64,000 bases of DNA, taken from NCBI GenBank assembly GCA_008690995.1, contig VRMN01000014.1:310001-374000 (forward strand). Reading direction: 5' to 3'. Positions within the stretch are counted from its first letter, which is position 1. Every line of letters begins with the position of its first letter. Below are positions 1-8,363 of this stretch, one piece after another. A program made the position numbers and the translations under genes. This DNA is from Porphyridium purpureum. Taxonomy: Eukaryota. The notes under the pieces are model-generated. The model was not told the origin of the DNA, searched no databases, and saw only the letters and a program-made list of their open reading frames with translations.

Positions 1-1
1 C

Positions 2-1213
2 GGAAGATTCATGTTTGGGCTCGGCGACAGCGCCTTGGTCGTCCTGCAGGGCACCTGTCTGGCGTACGTATTCGGAAGCACAGCTTTGGCTGTTTCAGGA
101 CGAGCGTCACTACAACAGCGGTCAAGGATTCGCGGCGTGTCGCTTGGCTCCTCGTACGGGTTGATGATTGCCATGAGCCGGCTGACCACCATGGCATCGC
201 TTGGCGCACCGGCGTACATTGCGTCGCATTGCGCGCTGGGCGCCGTGTGTGTGCTGTGGGTTGCGTCGTTCCTGTGCTTGGTTTCTGTCACAGCCGCGCT
301 CGTTTTGTTGGTATGGGGTCCAGGCGTGTTGAAACATTGGAATCGCGCCCGACAGAAGCAGGCAGAGGAGCCACAACATGAGCAGCGGCTTGCACAGCGG
401 GGCGCGCAGCAAGCCAGTGAGCATGAAGAAGAGCGTGAGCAACACCTGCAGGAGGGCGACGGAGAAGAGGACGAGGATGAAAAAGTGGGCCTCCCGGTAG
501 AGCATGCACCCATATCGCCATTGAGGTGGATAACTGACGGCATTGCGCAGCTACACACAACGCACATAATCATCCTGTGTGTGTGGATGACCACTAGCAG
601 TGTGTTCTTTTCCTACTTGCATTTTTCGGTTGACTTTCTGACAACATCGTCGGCTTCGTCGCCGCACCCGATTTCGCCCGCGCACGCCGGACTTTACTCA
701 TCCGGTGTTCTTCTCGCATCATCGTGCCTATCACCACTTGTCGGTTTCGTCTTGGACCGCTTTGGCGGACGTCCACTGGTTATCATGGGGTCTTCGGCAC
801 TCATGAGCGTTGCGCTCGGTCTGTTCCTGGTGTTCGAAACGCACACGGCCGCGCTTGCCGCACACGTGCTGCTAGGCGTCGCGTTTGGACTTGCACCAGT
901 GACCTTGCTCAGCAGTATGGCGCTTGTTTCGCCTGCCGCTCTGCTGCCTTTCATGCTGGCCGCATTCAAAGTTGTTGAGAATATCGGCATGGCCGTCATG
1001 CACGTGTCCGTCGGCTCATTGGTGGACCGCAGTCACGGCTCGTACACAGCGGTTATCGCCGCCTTTGTCGGCATTAACTTGGTGGGCGCCGCGCTGGGCG
1101 GCGTGCTTCTTCTTCTGGATACTTCCACGCGCGTATCGGACCTATCGCCTCCAGGCGCCCGCGACCACATTGAGATTGACGAGTCCGAACCTTTACTAAA
1201 CCAGGCCCACTGA
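2..1213 (+). CDS. Major facilitator superfamily transporter, MFSD1-like; 5'-truncated by the window edge
   Basis: Frame is open from base 2 (GRFMFGLGDSALVVLQ resembles MFSD1 GRFVFGIGGESLAVAQ). Many hydrophobic helices, MFS motif GFVLDRFGGR, acidic central loop, C-terminal ESEPLL dileucine-type sorting signal. Confidence 0.85.
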   Translation, partial: GRFMFGLGDSALVVLQGTCLAYVFGSTALAVSGRASLQQRSRIRGVSLGSSYGLMIAMSRLTTMASLGAPAYIASHCALGAVCVLWVASFLCLVSVTAALVLLVWGPGVLKHWNRARQKQAEEPQHEQRLAQRGAQQASEHEEEREQHLQEGDGEEDEDEKVGLPVEHAPISPLRWITDGIAQLHTTHIIILCVWMTTSSVFFSYLHFSVDFLTTSSASSPHPISPAHAGLYSSGVLLASSCLSPLVGFVLDRFGGRPLVIMGSSALMSVALGLFLVFETHTAALAAHVLLGVAFGLAPVTLLSSMALVSPAALLPFMLAAFKVVENIGMAVMHVSVGSLVDRSHGSYTAVIAAFVGINLVGAALGGVLLLLDTSTRVSDLSPPGARDHIEIDESEPLLNQAH

Positions 1214-1214
1214 C

Positions 1215-2345
1215 ATGCGCGAAGACGCGGGACATGAGAGAGCCAAGCGGCCACGGCTACCGCCTCCAAGGTCACCCATGACTCCACCACCGGCACCACG
1301 TGTTTCGGCATCGGGGCGTGCGCAAAGCCCGCCGCGGCGGCAGGTGTCGTCCGGGTTGCGCCCGCCGTTGGGCGCGCAGCGCGCCGCAGAGAGTGGCGTG
1401 AATGTAGGGACCAGCAGTGAGGACGACAACGCGGCGGCCCTTGCGCTGCTGCTGCAGCAAGGTACACAAAGCCGACCGCAGTATCCAGACACCGTGCTCC
1501 AGGCACACGCTCAAACGAACACGGGTGCTCAAGGACAAGTCGGTGCGAGTCGCGCACCGGTGCAAGCGACGCCTGCAGGCCGGCCACCGGGAGGGCGCGG
1601 CATTGGTGCGGGCGCTGACTCTAGCGAGACGACAACACCAGAAAGCGTACCGCCATGGTCGCGTGTGCAGCCGCGCACGCCCATGCTACGAAGGCACTAC
1701 GCCGACGGCGGGACGCTTGGAGCTGCTGCTGGCATCGCGCCGACAGGTAACAGTCAGGCGAGCATCACGCCGTCGACTGTGTTGCTACAGCCGCCGCGCG
1801 GTGTCGTCAAGCACGCTGCGCAAGGGCCGAACCACTCGCTGACGTCATCATCCTTGTCTGGCTCGTCCAAACGCATCCAGAAGGAGCTGGCCGAATTGAG
1901 CGAAGTGGCGCTCGGCACGCACGGAAGCGCCCATGACCGGGAGCAATACTGGCCACGCACGCTGTACTTTGGCGGCCCGAAGGGTGACGACCTTTACTCT
2001 TGGCTGGTGGTTTTGGAAGGGCCCAGCGGTAGTCCATATGCCGGTGGCGTGTTCTTCCTCGACTTGACGTTTCCACCAGACTACCCTTTTAATGCGCCGC
2101 GGCTGATCTTTCGCTCGCGTATCTACCACTGCAACGTGAGCAGCCGGGGCAACATCCGTGGTACGGTGCTGGACGCATGGAGTTCGGCGTGCCGCGTGAG
2201 TGACGTCATGGACGGCCTTTGTCAATTGATGCGCGAACCCAGCGAGAATGAAGCCGCGAGCCCCGCGCTGGCGCATCAGATGACCACAGACCGTGCCAAG
2301 TATCTTGAAATCGCCCGGGAATGGACGCGCCGCTTTGCTCGATGA
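1215..2345 (+). CDS. Ubiquitin-conjugating enzyme E2-fold protein (UBE2D/E-like) with long disordered N-terminus; catalytic Cys replaced by Arg
   Basis: KRIQKELAEL, GPKGDDLYSW, GPSGSPYAGGVFFLDLTFPPDYPF, RIYHCNV, AREWTRRFA. GNIRGTVL stands where GxICLDIL is expected. Start codon uncertain. Confidence 0.88.
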   Translation: MREDAGHERAKRPRLPPPRSPMTPPPAPRVSASGRAQSPPRRQVSSGLRPPLGAQRAAESGVNVGTSSEDDNAAALALLLQQGTQSRPQYPDTVLQAHAQTNTGAQGQVGASRAPVQATPAGRPPGGRGIGAGADSSETTTPESVPPWSRVQPRTPMLRRHYADGGTLGAAAGIAPTGNSQASITPSTVLLQPPRGVVKHAAQGPNHSLTSSSLSGSSKRIQKELAELSEVALGTHGSAHDREQYWPRTLYFGGPKGDDLYSWLVVLEGPSGSPYAGGVFFLDLTFPPDYPFNAPRLIFRSRIYHCNVSSRGNIRGTVLDAWSSACRVSDVMDGLCQLMREPSENEAASPALAHQMTTDRAKYLEIAREWTRRFAR

Positions 2346-2574
2346 AGGCCAGTCTCATCTTGACCAGGGGCGAGACCACTCGTGGCTGTGCTCCGCTTGG
2401 GGGGAAAACAAACATGAATGGGCGCCTGCGTGATGTGCAAAAAAGCGCGAGCGGGCTGCGCGAGCCGCAACGGCTCATGTCCAAGCAATGCTCCGTGCTC
2501 CGGAGCAGTTGAACACGACGAGAATTTCTAAAGCGGAAAAGTGAGGGTAATGTCGAAATAAGGCGGCGGTTGCT

Positions 2575-3585
2575 TTACTTGCCAACAAGGAAGCCGCCGA
2601 GCGGTACGGAGAGGTCCAACCTTGAGCCTTCGTGAAGCGAGCGCAGTAGAATTTCGTTCGAGGACGACTGACTGCGATACGAATAGCTTTCGGTGACTTC
2701 AACTTCGTACTGTCCTTGCGTGGGTATTCCCGCGCACTGGTAATTTCTGTGCATGACCGCTGGCGACTCGCCGGCCTCGACAGGAATGGACACGCGCACG
2801 CACACGTACTGGCCCGGCTTCTGCACGAGCGTGGGCTGGCCGTCCTCGGGCACCAGCGTGAGTTTGACGGCTTTGTTCTCGCCGTGCGACGCGACCGCTT
2901 CGAGGCGCTTTACAATGAACGGCCGGAAACCCTTCCATCCGCCGCGCTGCGAGGCACGTTCTTCGACCATCTCCTGCTGCTTGGTGATCATGAGCGTGGC
3001 CAGATACGCGTACGCCTCTGTCCACGCGTCCATGACGTCTGGGGTGGCGAGCTCGCCGAGTTGTGCTCGAATGGCGGACAAGAACCCGTTGCCCCACTCG
3101 AAAAACTGTTCTGGCTGGATATTGCGCGCGGCGTGCTTGGCCACGATCACCGACACGTGCCGCTCAAAGTCGCGTATGTTGTCAAGCGACCCGAGAAAGC
3201 GGAAGAGCATTTGCGCCACCACTTGCGCCTGGCCGTGGAGATGCATCTGCGGCTTTTCGCCAGCGCCGCTCTTCTTGCGCGCATCGTCCGCGCTGTCATT
3301 TCCGTGCGCGCGCGCCGTGCGATCCTGCATATTACTTTCGGAGCGGAACTCGAGCGAAAACAAGTGCCTCGCCGCTGGATCGGCAGTAAACAAGTGCTGG
3401 TATGTCGCCTCGGCAATCACCAACCGCCTCCCCTGCACGACATCCATGGTCTCCTTCATCTTCTCCACCGCGTGGTCCGACAACCTGTCCACGCGACGCA
3501 CGCCCGCGCATATCCACTCGTCCCCTGCGCCCTCTGTCGCATGCGCACCTCCATCCACAGGTCCGTCGGCTCCCAGCCCCGCCAT
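2575..3585 (-). CDS. Flavohemoglobin-like protein (globin + FAD-binding domain, no NAD-binding domain)
   Basis: Globin features: YQHLF (B10 Tyr), Q at E7, IVAKH proximal His, DAWTEAYAYLA. Linker GGWKGFRPF, then FAD barrel motifs KPGQYV and RNY. Ends at VPLGGF. Confidence 0.88.
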   Translation of the reverse strand: MAGLGADGPVDGGAHATEGAGDEWICAGVRRVDRLSDHAVEKMKETMDVVQGRRLVIAEATYQHLFTADPAARHLFSLEFRSESNMQDRTARAHGNDSADDARKKSGAGEKPQMHLHGQAQVVAQMLFRFLGSLDNIRDFERHVSVIVAKHAARNIQPEQFFEWGNGFLSAIRAQLGELATPDVMDAWTEAYAYLATLMITKQQEMVEERASQRGGWKGFRPFIVKRLEAVASHGENKAVKLTLVPEDGQPTLVQKPGQYVCVRVSIPVEAGESPAVMHRNYQCAGIPTQGQYEVEVTESYSYRSQSSSNEILLRSLHEGSRLDLSVPLGGFLVGK

Positions 3586-3850
3586 CGCACCTCGACCTCG
3601 TCACGGCCACCCTCCACTCGGTGGTTCCATAAACACTTCTGCCACAACAAACACACACATCCACCACTCCACCGACGCCCGAATCTGCGCGCGCACGGGC
3701 CGCAGTGTACCGGAAACACCAGTGCCGTCCTCCGTTCTACCGCGCACTCATCACTCCACACATACACCTTCCCTCTCACCTCTCTCCTTCTCTCCCTCCC
3801 TTCTCCCCCTAACTCTTTCCCGCCTAGCGCCCAACTCCGGAATCACGCTG

Positions 3851-4540
3851 CTTTTACAAATTCGTTTGCAATGCATTACATATCTCTATAAAAATAGCAA
3901 CACTTTACTGCACAGCACTCGCGCCGATGTAATTTACAACTCCACATCAAACAAAACCACCGAACGCCGGTTCGCGCGCGCAACACCCGTCCACCATTCC
4001 TTTTCAATGCATTACATAGTGCCACTAAACATAACATTTTGAATACGCTTTCTTGTAATGTATGTAATGCGTGTAATGCCTCAAACACAAAGGTCACTTT
4101 CCTTTTTTTTTTTCCGTCCTTATCAGCGCGCATCCTTTACCCCGATCTTTTTCAAAATTCGTTTGCAATGCATTCCTCTCTACTATAAAAGCACCCTACC
4201 TTTCATAGTCGTCCACCGCGCACATGTAATTTCTGACACGCTTTTTTCCAAGATTTCCCTTTCCATTTTTTCATCGGTCGTTGGCGCCTGTTCCACGCAA
4301 CGCGTCGTGTGTGCGTCTGCGGTATTTTCTCGCACAAATTACACACCGTTTGAATATGTCTGTGCAAATGGGGGTATTGGATGATATAACTGCAATGCAT
4401 TACAAACGAATTTCCTGGGTGTCAAGCGGTGTTTTCTAACGATTATTATTTTAATGTTGAGTGCAATGGTGGAGTGATGAACAGAAGTTATTATAAATGA
4501 GTGATTTAGTATAGAGTTGTAATGCATTTCAAAAGAATGT
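3851..4540. repeat. AT-rich divergent intergenic region with repeated palindromic AATGCATT motif
   Basis: AATGCATT at 3870, 4006, 4167, 4394, 4521. The 20-mer AAATTCGTTTGCAATGCATT occurs at 3858 and 4155, and inverted with 1 mismatch at 4394-4413. Confidence 0.8.
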
Positions 4541-5152
4541 GTTAAAGAAGAAGAAGCGGAGGAACGGAGGGAGGGAGGAAGGGAGGAAGGGAGGGAGGAG
4601 GCGGGGAAGAGAAGAGGGAGAGAGTGAGGTTGGGCGGGGTTTGAGGCGGGTGGCGGTGGATGGATGGTCGATGGAGAGTCCTGCAACGGTGCTTCGTGAG
4701 GGCTTTGATGTGGATACCGCCTCGGTTTTGAAATAGAGCGGGTTGGAAGTGGGTGGTCGATAGAGAGTGGATGTAAGAGCCGCGCGCGCGAGTCTTGTAG
4801 GAAGCACACAGACAGGAGGGCGTGTGGGAGAGAGAGACAGAGAGAGGCAGAGAGGCACACTTGCGAAGGGCGTGGTGGAGAGGGAGGTTGGATGGGCGGA
4901 GCGTCGCGAGAGGGAAAGGCGTGGCGAGAATTGGGACGGTAAGGGTGGTGGGCGCGTTGGGGTGGAGTGCATGCACAGTAACACAGTCGCATTCAGATTG
5001 TGTCTGGGTTTGCAGGGGTTTCGCGGCTGTTGACCCGCGCCGACGCGGTAGGCCTGGATAAGTGCGCCGACGAGCGCGATATCGTGCGGCGGACAAGAAG
5101 ACTGGCGTGCGGGACATCGCAGCGTCCGTCCAGATTCTAGGACGGCCCAACT

Positions 5153-7960
5153 ATGGTGACAACATCGTTCAAGAATAGGATGTCCTCCGGAAGCCAGGGC
5201 ATAACTAGTCGGAGCCACAGTCGTAGCGGCAGTGGGGGCAGCAGTGTTGATCACACAAGCCGGAATGTAAGCCGCAGTGTTACGCAAAACAGCGACCAAG
5301 TAGGCGCACAGGCGTCGCCGCACGGCGAAGGCGAGACGGACGGCACGCTTTCGACACGGCGTGAACTGGACGACCGCGCGCGTCCGGGCAGCGCTCAAGC
5401 CATCGCGTCCTCTGATTCGAGCCGTAGGCTCGTCAACTTTGACTCGGCCGAGGAGGAATCCGTACAGTCAACGCCTCCAGGCAGTGCACCGGCGCCTCAA
5501 GCGGCGGCACATGCGACCAAGGGTACGGAAATGAGCCGTACCAAGTCATCGTTTGGAGTGCGAGTCCGGTCGCTTAAGGACGTGTCACGCAAAATTTCCA
5601 GCCAAGACTCGTCGGCTGATACGCATCCACCGTCGGCACAGGCGCAAGCGCCTGCGCCAATCGCCATAATACGAAATAGCTCATTCGGATCACCGGATCT
5701 ACACGCTGTGCATAGCATGTCGAGTATCGTGGTTTCAAAGACCCTCGAGCGGGAGCAGCCGGCATCCGCACCGCCGGCACAGCTTGGAAATGGTAGCAGT
5801 ACCGGCTCTTTGTTTTTCCCGCGCATCTATGGACACAAGGCTGTGTCCGAAAGCACTCCTGCCAAGCTTAGCAACCATGTTGAGGGCCGGCCTCGATCTG
5901 GCTCGGACCCTGGCTGGCGAGACCCGCTGGCGCTTGTACGCGAGTCCCCAGTGATGCTGGGCGCCTTGGTACAAGCGAAGGAGGAACCCAACATGAGGCT
6001 AGCCAAGCTTCTAACCAGCAAAAACCCAAAGAATTGGGACAAGTATTGGTTAGAGTTGCGTGGCAGCGCGTGCGTCTTTTTTCTCGGCAAGCGCGGCTCC
6101 TGGGCGGTGATGAACAAGAAACCAAGTGGCCACGGCAGCCAAATCCGCAGCAGCAGCAGTGGCGGGTCGGGTGCTGCTTCGACTTTGGGACTGGGTAGTT
6201 CGACGAACAGCGGTCTCGATCGAACCAACACGCGCGTGGCCGAAAATGTAATCTCGTCGCGGCGGCGTACGTCCCATCCAGAAAACAAGACAAACGCGGA
6301 CGACAAGAGGGGCAGCGATGCAAGCCAAGGCCCCGCCCGCAGCCAGCACGCAGCGGCGCATGCAAACTACAACATTGCGACGCACATTTCACTTATGCAT
6401 CCTGCCCGACGGAGCTCGATGCGCAGCAAGACCGATCCTGTGGACCGCGTGTTCGGGCGCAGCATGTCAAGCGTCGAACTCGACATCGGCTCAAGCATAC
6501 GCGAATTGTCGCTCGGTGACGACGAACGCAGCGGCAGTGGGTATGGGGCCTCTGGGATCAGAGGCGGGAGCAAGGGCACGATGGGCAGCGCCGCCGCCTC
6601 GCGGCGCGAACGGCAGCTGCGCAGACGCAGTGACTATGTAGCCGATGCGGAGTCAATGGTAGCAACATTTTGCGTGTTTGGCTGTATTGTGGAGCGGAAG
6701 CGCATCGATATGTTGAAGATTCGCAAGGGTGCGGATGGCGCACCGCTCTTCCTACGCTTCAACTCGGTGATAGAATGCGATTTGTGGGAAGAGGCCCTGA
6801 GTCGCCTCGCACAACAAACGTACATTGGCATCTCTGACTTTAATTTGATCGCGCCTCTCGGTGCCGGGGCAGTTGCCAAGGTATTCCTCGTGTCAGAGCG
6901 CTCGTCTGGCAAACGGTACGCGCTAAAAGTGATTTCGAAAGCACATGCGTACGACACGCAGCAGGAATACAAACACGCAGTCGGGGAGCGGCTCAGCTTG
7001 CAGACCGTGTGTGGCTATCCGTACTTTGTGCAACTTCGCCACGCGTTTCAGACCCGTACGCGCTTGTACTTGGCGACAGATTTCTACGAAGGCGGCGACA
7101 TGCAGCAGTTTCTGTCCAAGCGTCTCACGCTCTCGTTGCCGTCGGCAAGGCTTGTGGCGGCGCAGCTCGTTTCGTGCCTGGAGATCCTCCACTCGCACAA
7201 CTTTTTGTACCGCGATCTCAAACCTGATAATATCCTCATTGACGCTGCCGGTCATATTCGGCTCGCCGATTTTGGTGTGTGCAAGCAGATTGCAGTGCCC
7301 TCTATCTCACCCACTGCCGGCAGCGCGGCAGCATCTGTGGGAGACGAATATATTAGCCGGACCATTTGCGGCACGCTTAGCTACGCCGCCCCAGAAATGC
7401 TTGCGCTGCGGGGCTACAGCTATAGTGTGGACTTTTGGAGCCTCGGTGTCGTGCTGTACGTGCTGGTGGTGGGAAGTTTACCACTGGACGACGACAAGGT
7501 GATGGCGCTTGTGCAGCGTATCAAGTACGCGGCAGAGAACCATTCTTCGCGTGACGAGGGACTCATTTACGCTGACATCCAGACACCAGATATTACATTC
7601 CCACCCGACTGCGACATCAGTTTCAAGCACCTGGTTCAGTCTCTCATGATACCAAACCCACAAGAACGCGAGCGGGGCGGTTTTGCCGAGTTTAAGAAGC
7701 ACGCGTTTTTCGATGGCGTCGACTGGTCCGATATTGACAGCAGCTCGCCTTCAGCGGTACCAGAGCTCAAGGAGTATGTCGGTGGAGGCAAAGATGAGCT
7801 GCGCAACTTTGACGTACGCGCATGGAAGCATCTCGTGTTGGAGCCCGACGAGGAGGATACCACATACGGCGATATTAGCTTGTGGCCACCGTCTGCAACG
7901 CGCAAAATCCTTATGGAAGATCCGATGATTGCAGGATTCACCTACTCTTTCGCTCCATGA
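5153..7960 (+). CDS. AGC-family Ser/Thr protein kinase (Akt/S6K-like) with split PH domain
   Basis: GAGAVAKV, YALK, YRDLKPDN, DFG, TICGTLSYAAPE, DFWSLG, C-terminal hydrophobic motif AGFTY. PH-like halves WDKYWLELRG and FLRFNSVIECDLWEEAL. Confidence 0.92.
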   Translation: MVTTSFKNRMSSGSQGITSRSHSRSGSGGSSVDHTSRNVSRSVTQNSDQVGAQASPHGEGETDGTLSTRRELDDRARPGSAQAIASSDSSRRLVNFDSAEEESVQSTPPGSAPAPQAAAHATKGTEMSRTKSSFGVRVRSLKDVSRKISSQDSSADTHPPSAQAQAPAPIAIIRNSSFGSPDLHAVHSMSSIVVSKTLEREQPASAPPAQLGNGSSTGSLFFPRIYGHKAVSESTPAKLSNHVEGRPRSGSDPGWRDPLALVRESPVMLGALVQAKEEPNMRLAKLLTSKNPKNWDKYWLELRGSACVFFLGKRGSWAVMNKKPSGHGSQIRSSSSGGSGAASTLGLGSSTNSGLDRTNTRVAENVISSRRRTSHPENKTNADDKRGSDASQGPARSQHAAAHANYNIATHISLMHPARRSSMRSKTDPVDRVFGRSMSSVELDIGSSIRELSLGDDERSGSGYGASGIRGGSKGTMGSAAASRRERQLRRRSDYVADAESMVATFCVFGCIVERKRIDMLKIRKGADGAPLFLRFNSVIECDLWEEALSRLAQQTYIGISDFNLIAPLGAGAVAKVFLVSERSSGKRYALKVISKAHAYDTQQEYKHAVGERLSLQTVCGYPYFVQLRHAFQTRTRLYLATDFYEGGDMQQFLSKRLTLSLPSARLVAAQLVSCLEILHSHNFLYRDLKPDNILIDAAGHIRLADFGVCKQIAVPSISPTAGSAAASVGDEYISRTICGTLSYAAPEMLALRGYSYSVDFWSLGVVLYVLVVGSLPLDDDKVMALVQRIKYAAENHSSRDEGLIYADIQTPDITFPPDCDISFKHLVQSLMIPNPQERERGGFAEFKKHAFFDGVDWSDIDSSSPSAVPELKEYVGGGKDELRNFDVRAWKHLVLEPDEEDTTYGDISLWPPSATRKILMEDPMIAGFTYSFAP

Positions 7961-8363
7961 GCGTTGATCTGAGCACATGAACATGTAAATTTGTAAAGTT
8001 CAGTTCAGGCTTTGGTTGCTTGGTTCTGGCTCGGCTCTGGTGCCCGTCTGTCGCGCGCGCTGCTGGGTGACATGGCCGCCGTACGACATCCCCAGATCAA
8101 GCCTTCGCTCCACTTGTACATCAGTGCGGCAGGACCACTTACACCCACTTTCCCTCTCTCTTTGTCGTGGCGTTTGTGCGTCCACGGGTGCCATGCTCTA
8201 TAAGACACGAGCCTCAACAAGGAGCAGACAGCAGGACAAACACCCGCACGTTTGACGCGCCATGAAATCACGCTTGCAGCCCCCATTGTGCCTTGGCAGT
8301 GAATGGCGAGAAAACGACAAAAAAAAAACGAAAGCCAGCGGAATCTTACGTTCTCTTGTGCGT

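Noticed and set aside
2716..4042. Long + strand ORFs of 391 and 429 aa
   Set aside because: Antisense shadows of the GC-rich flavohemoglobin gene with no motifs. The same applies to antisense ORFs over ARMC8, AKR and gypsy pol.
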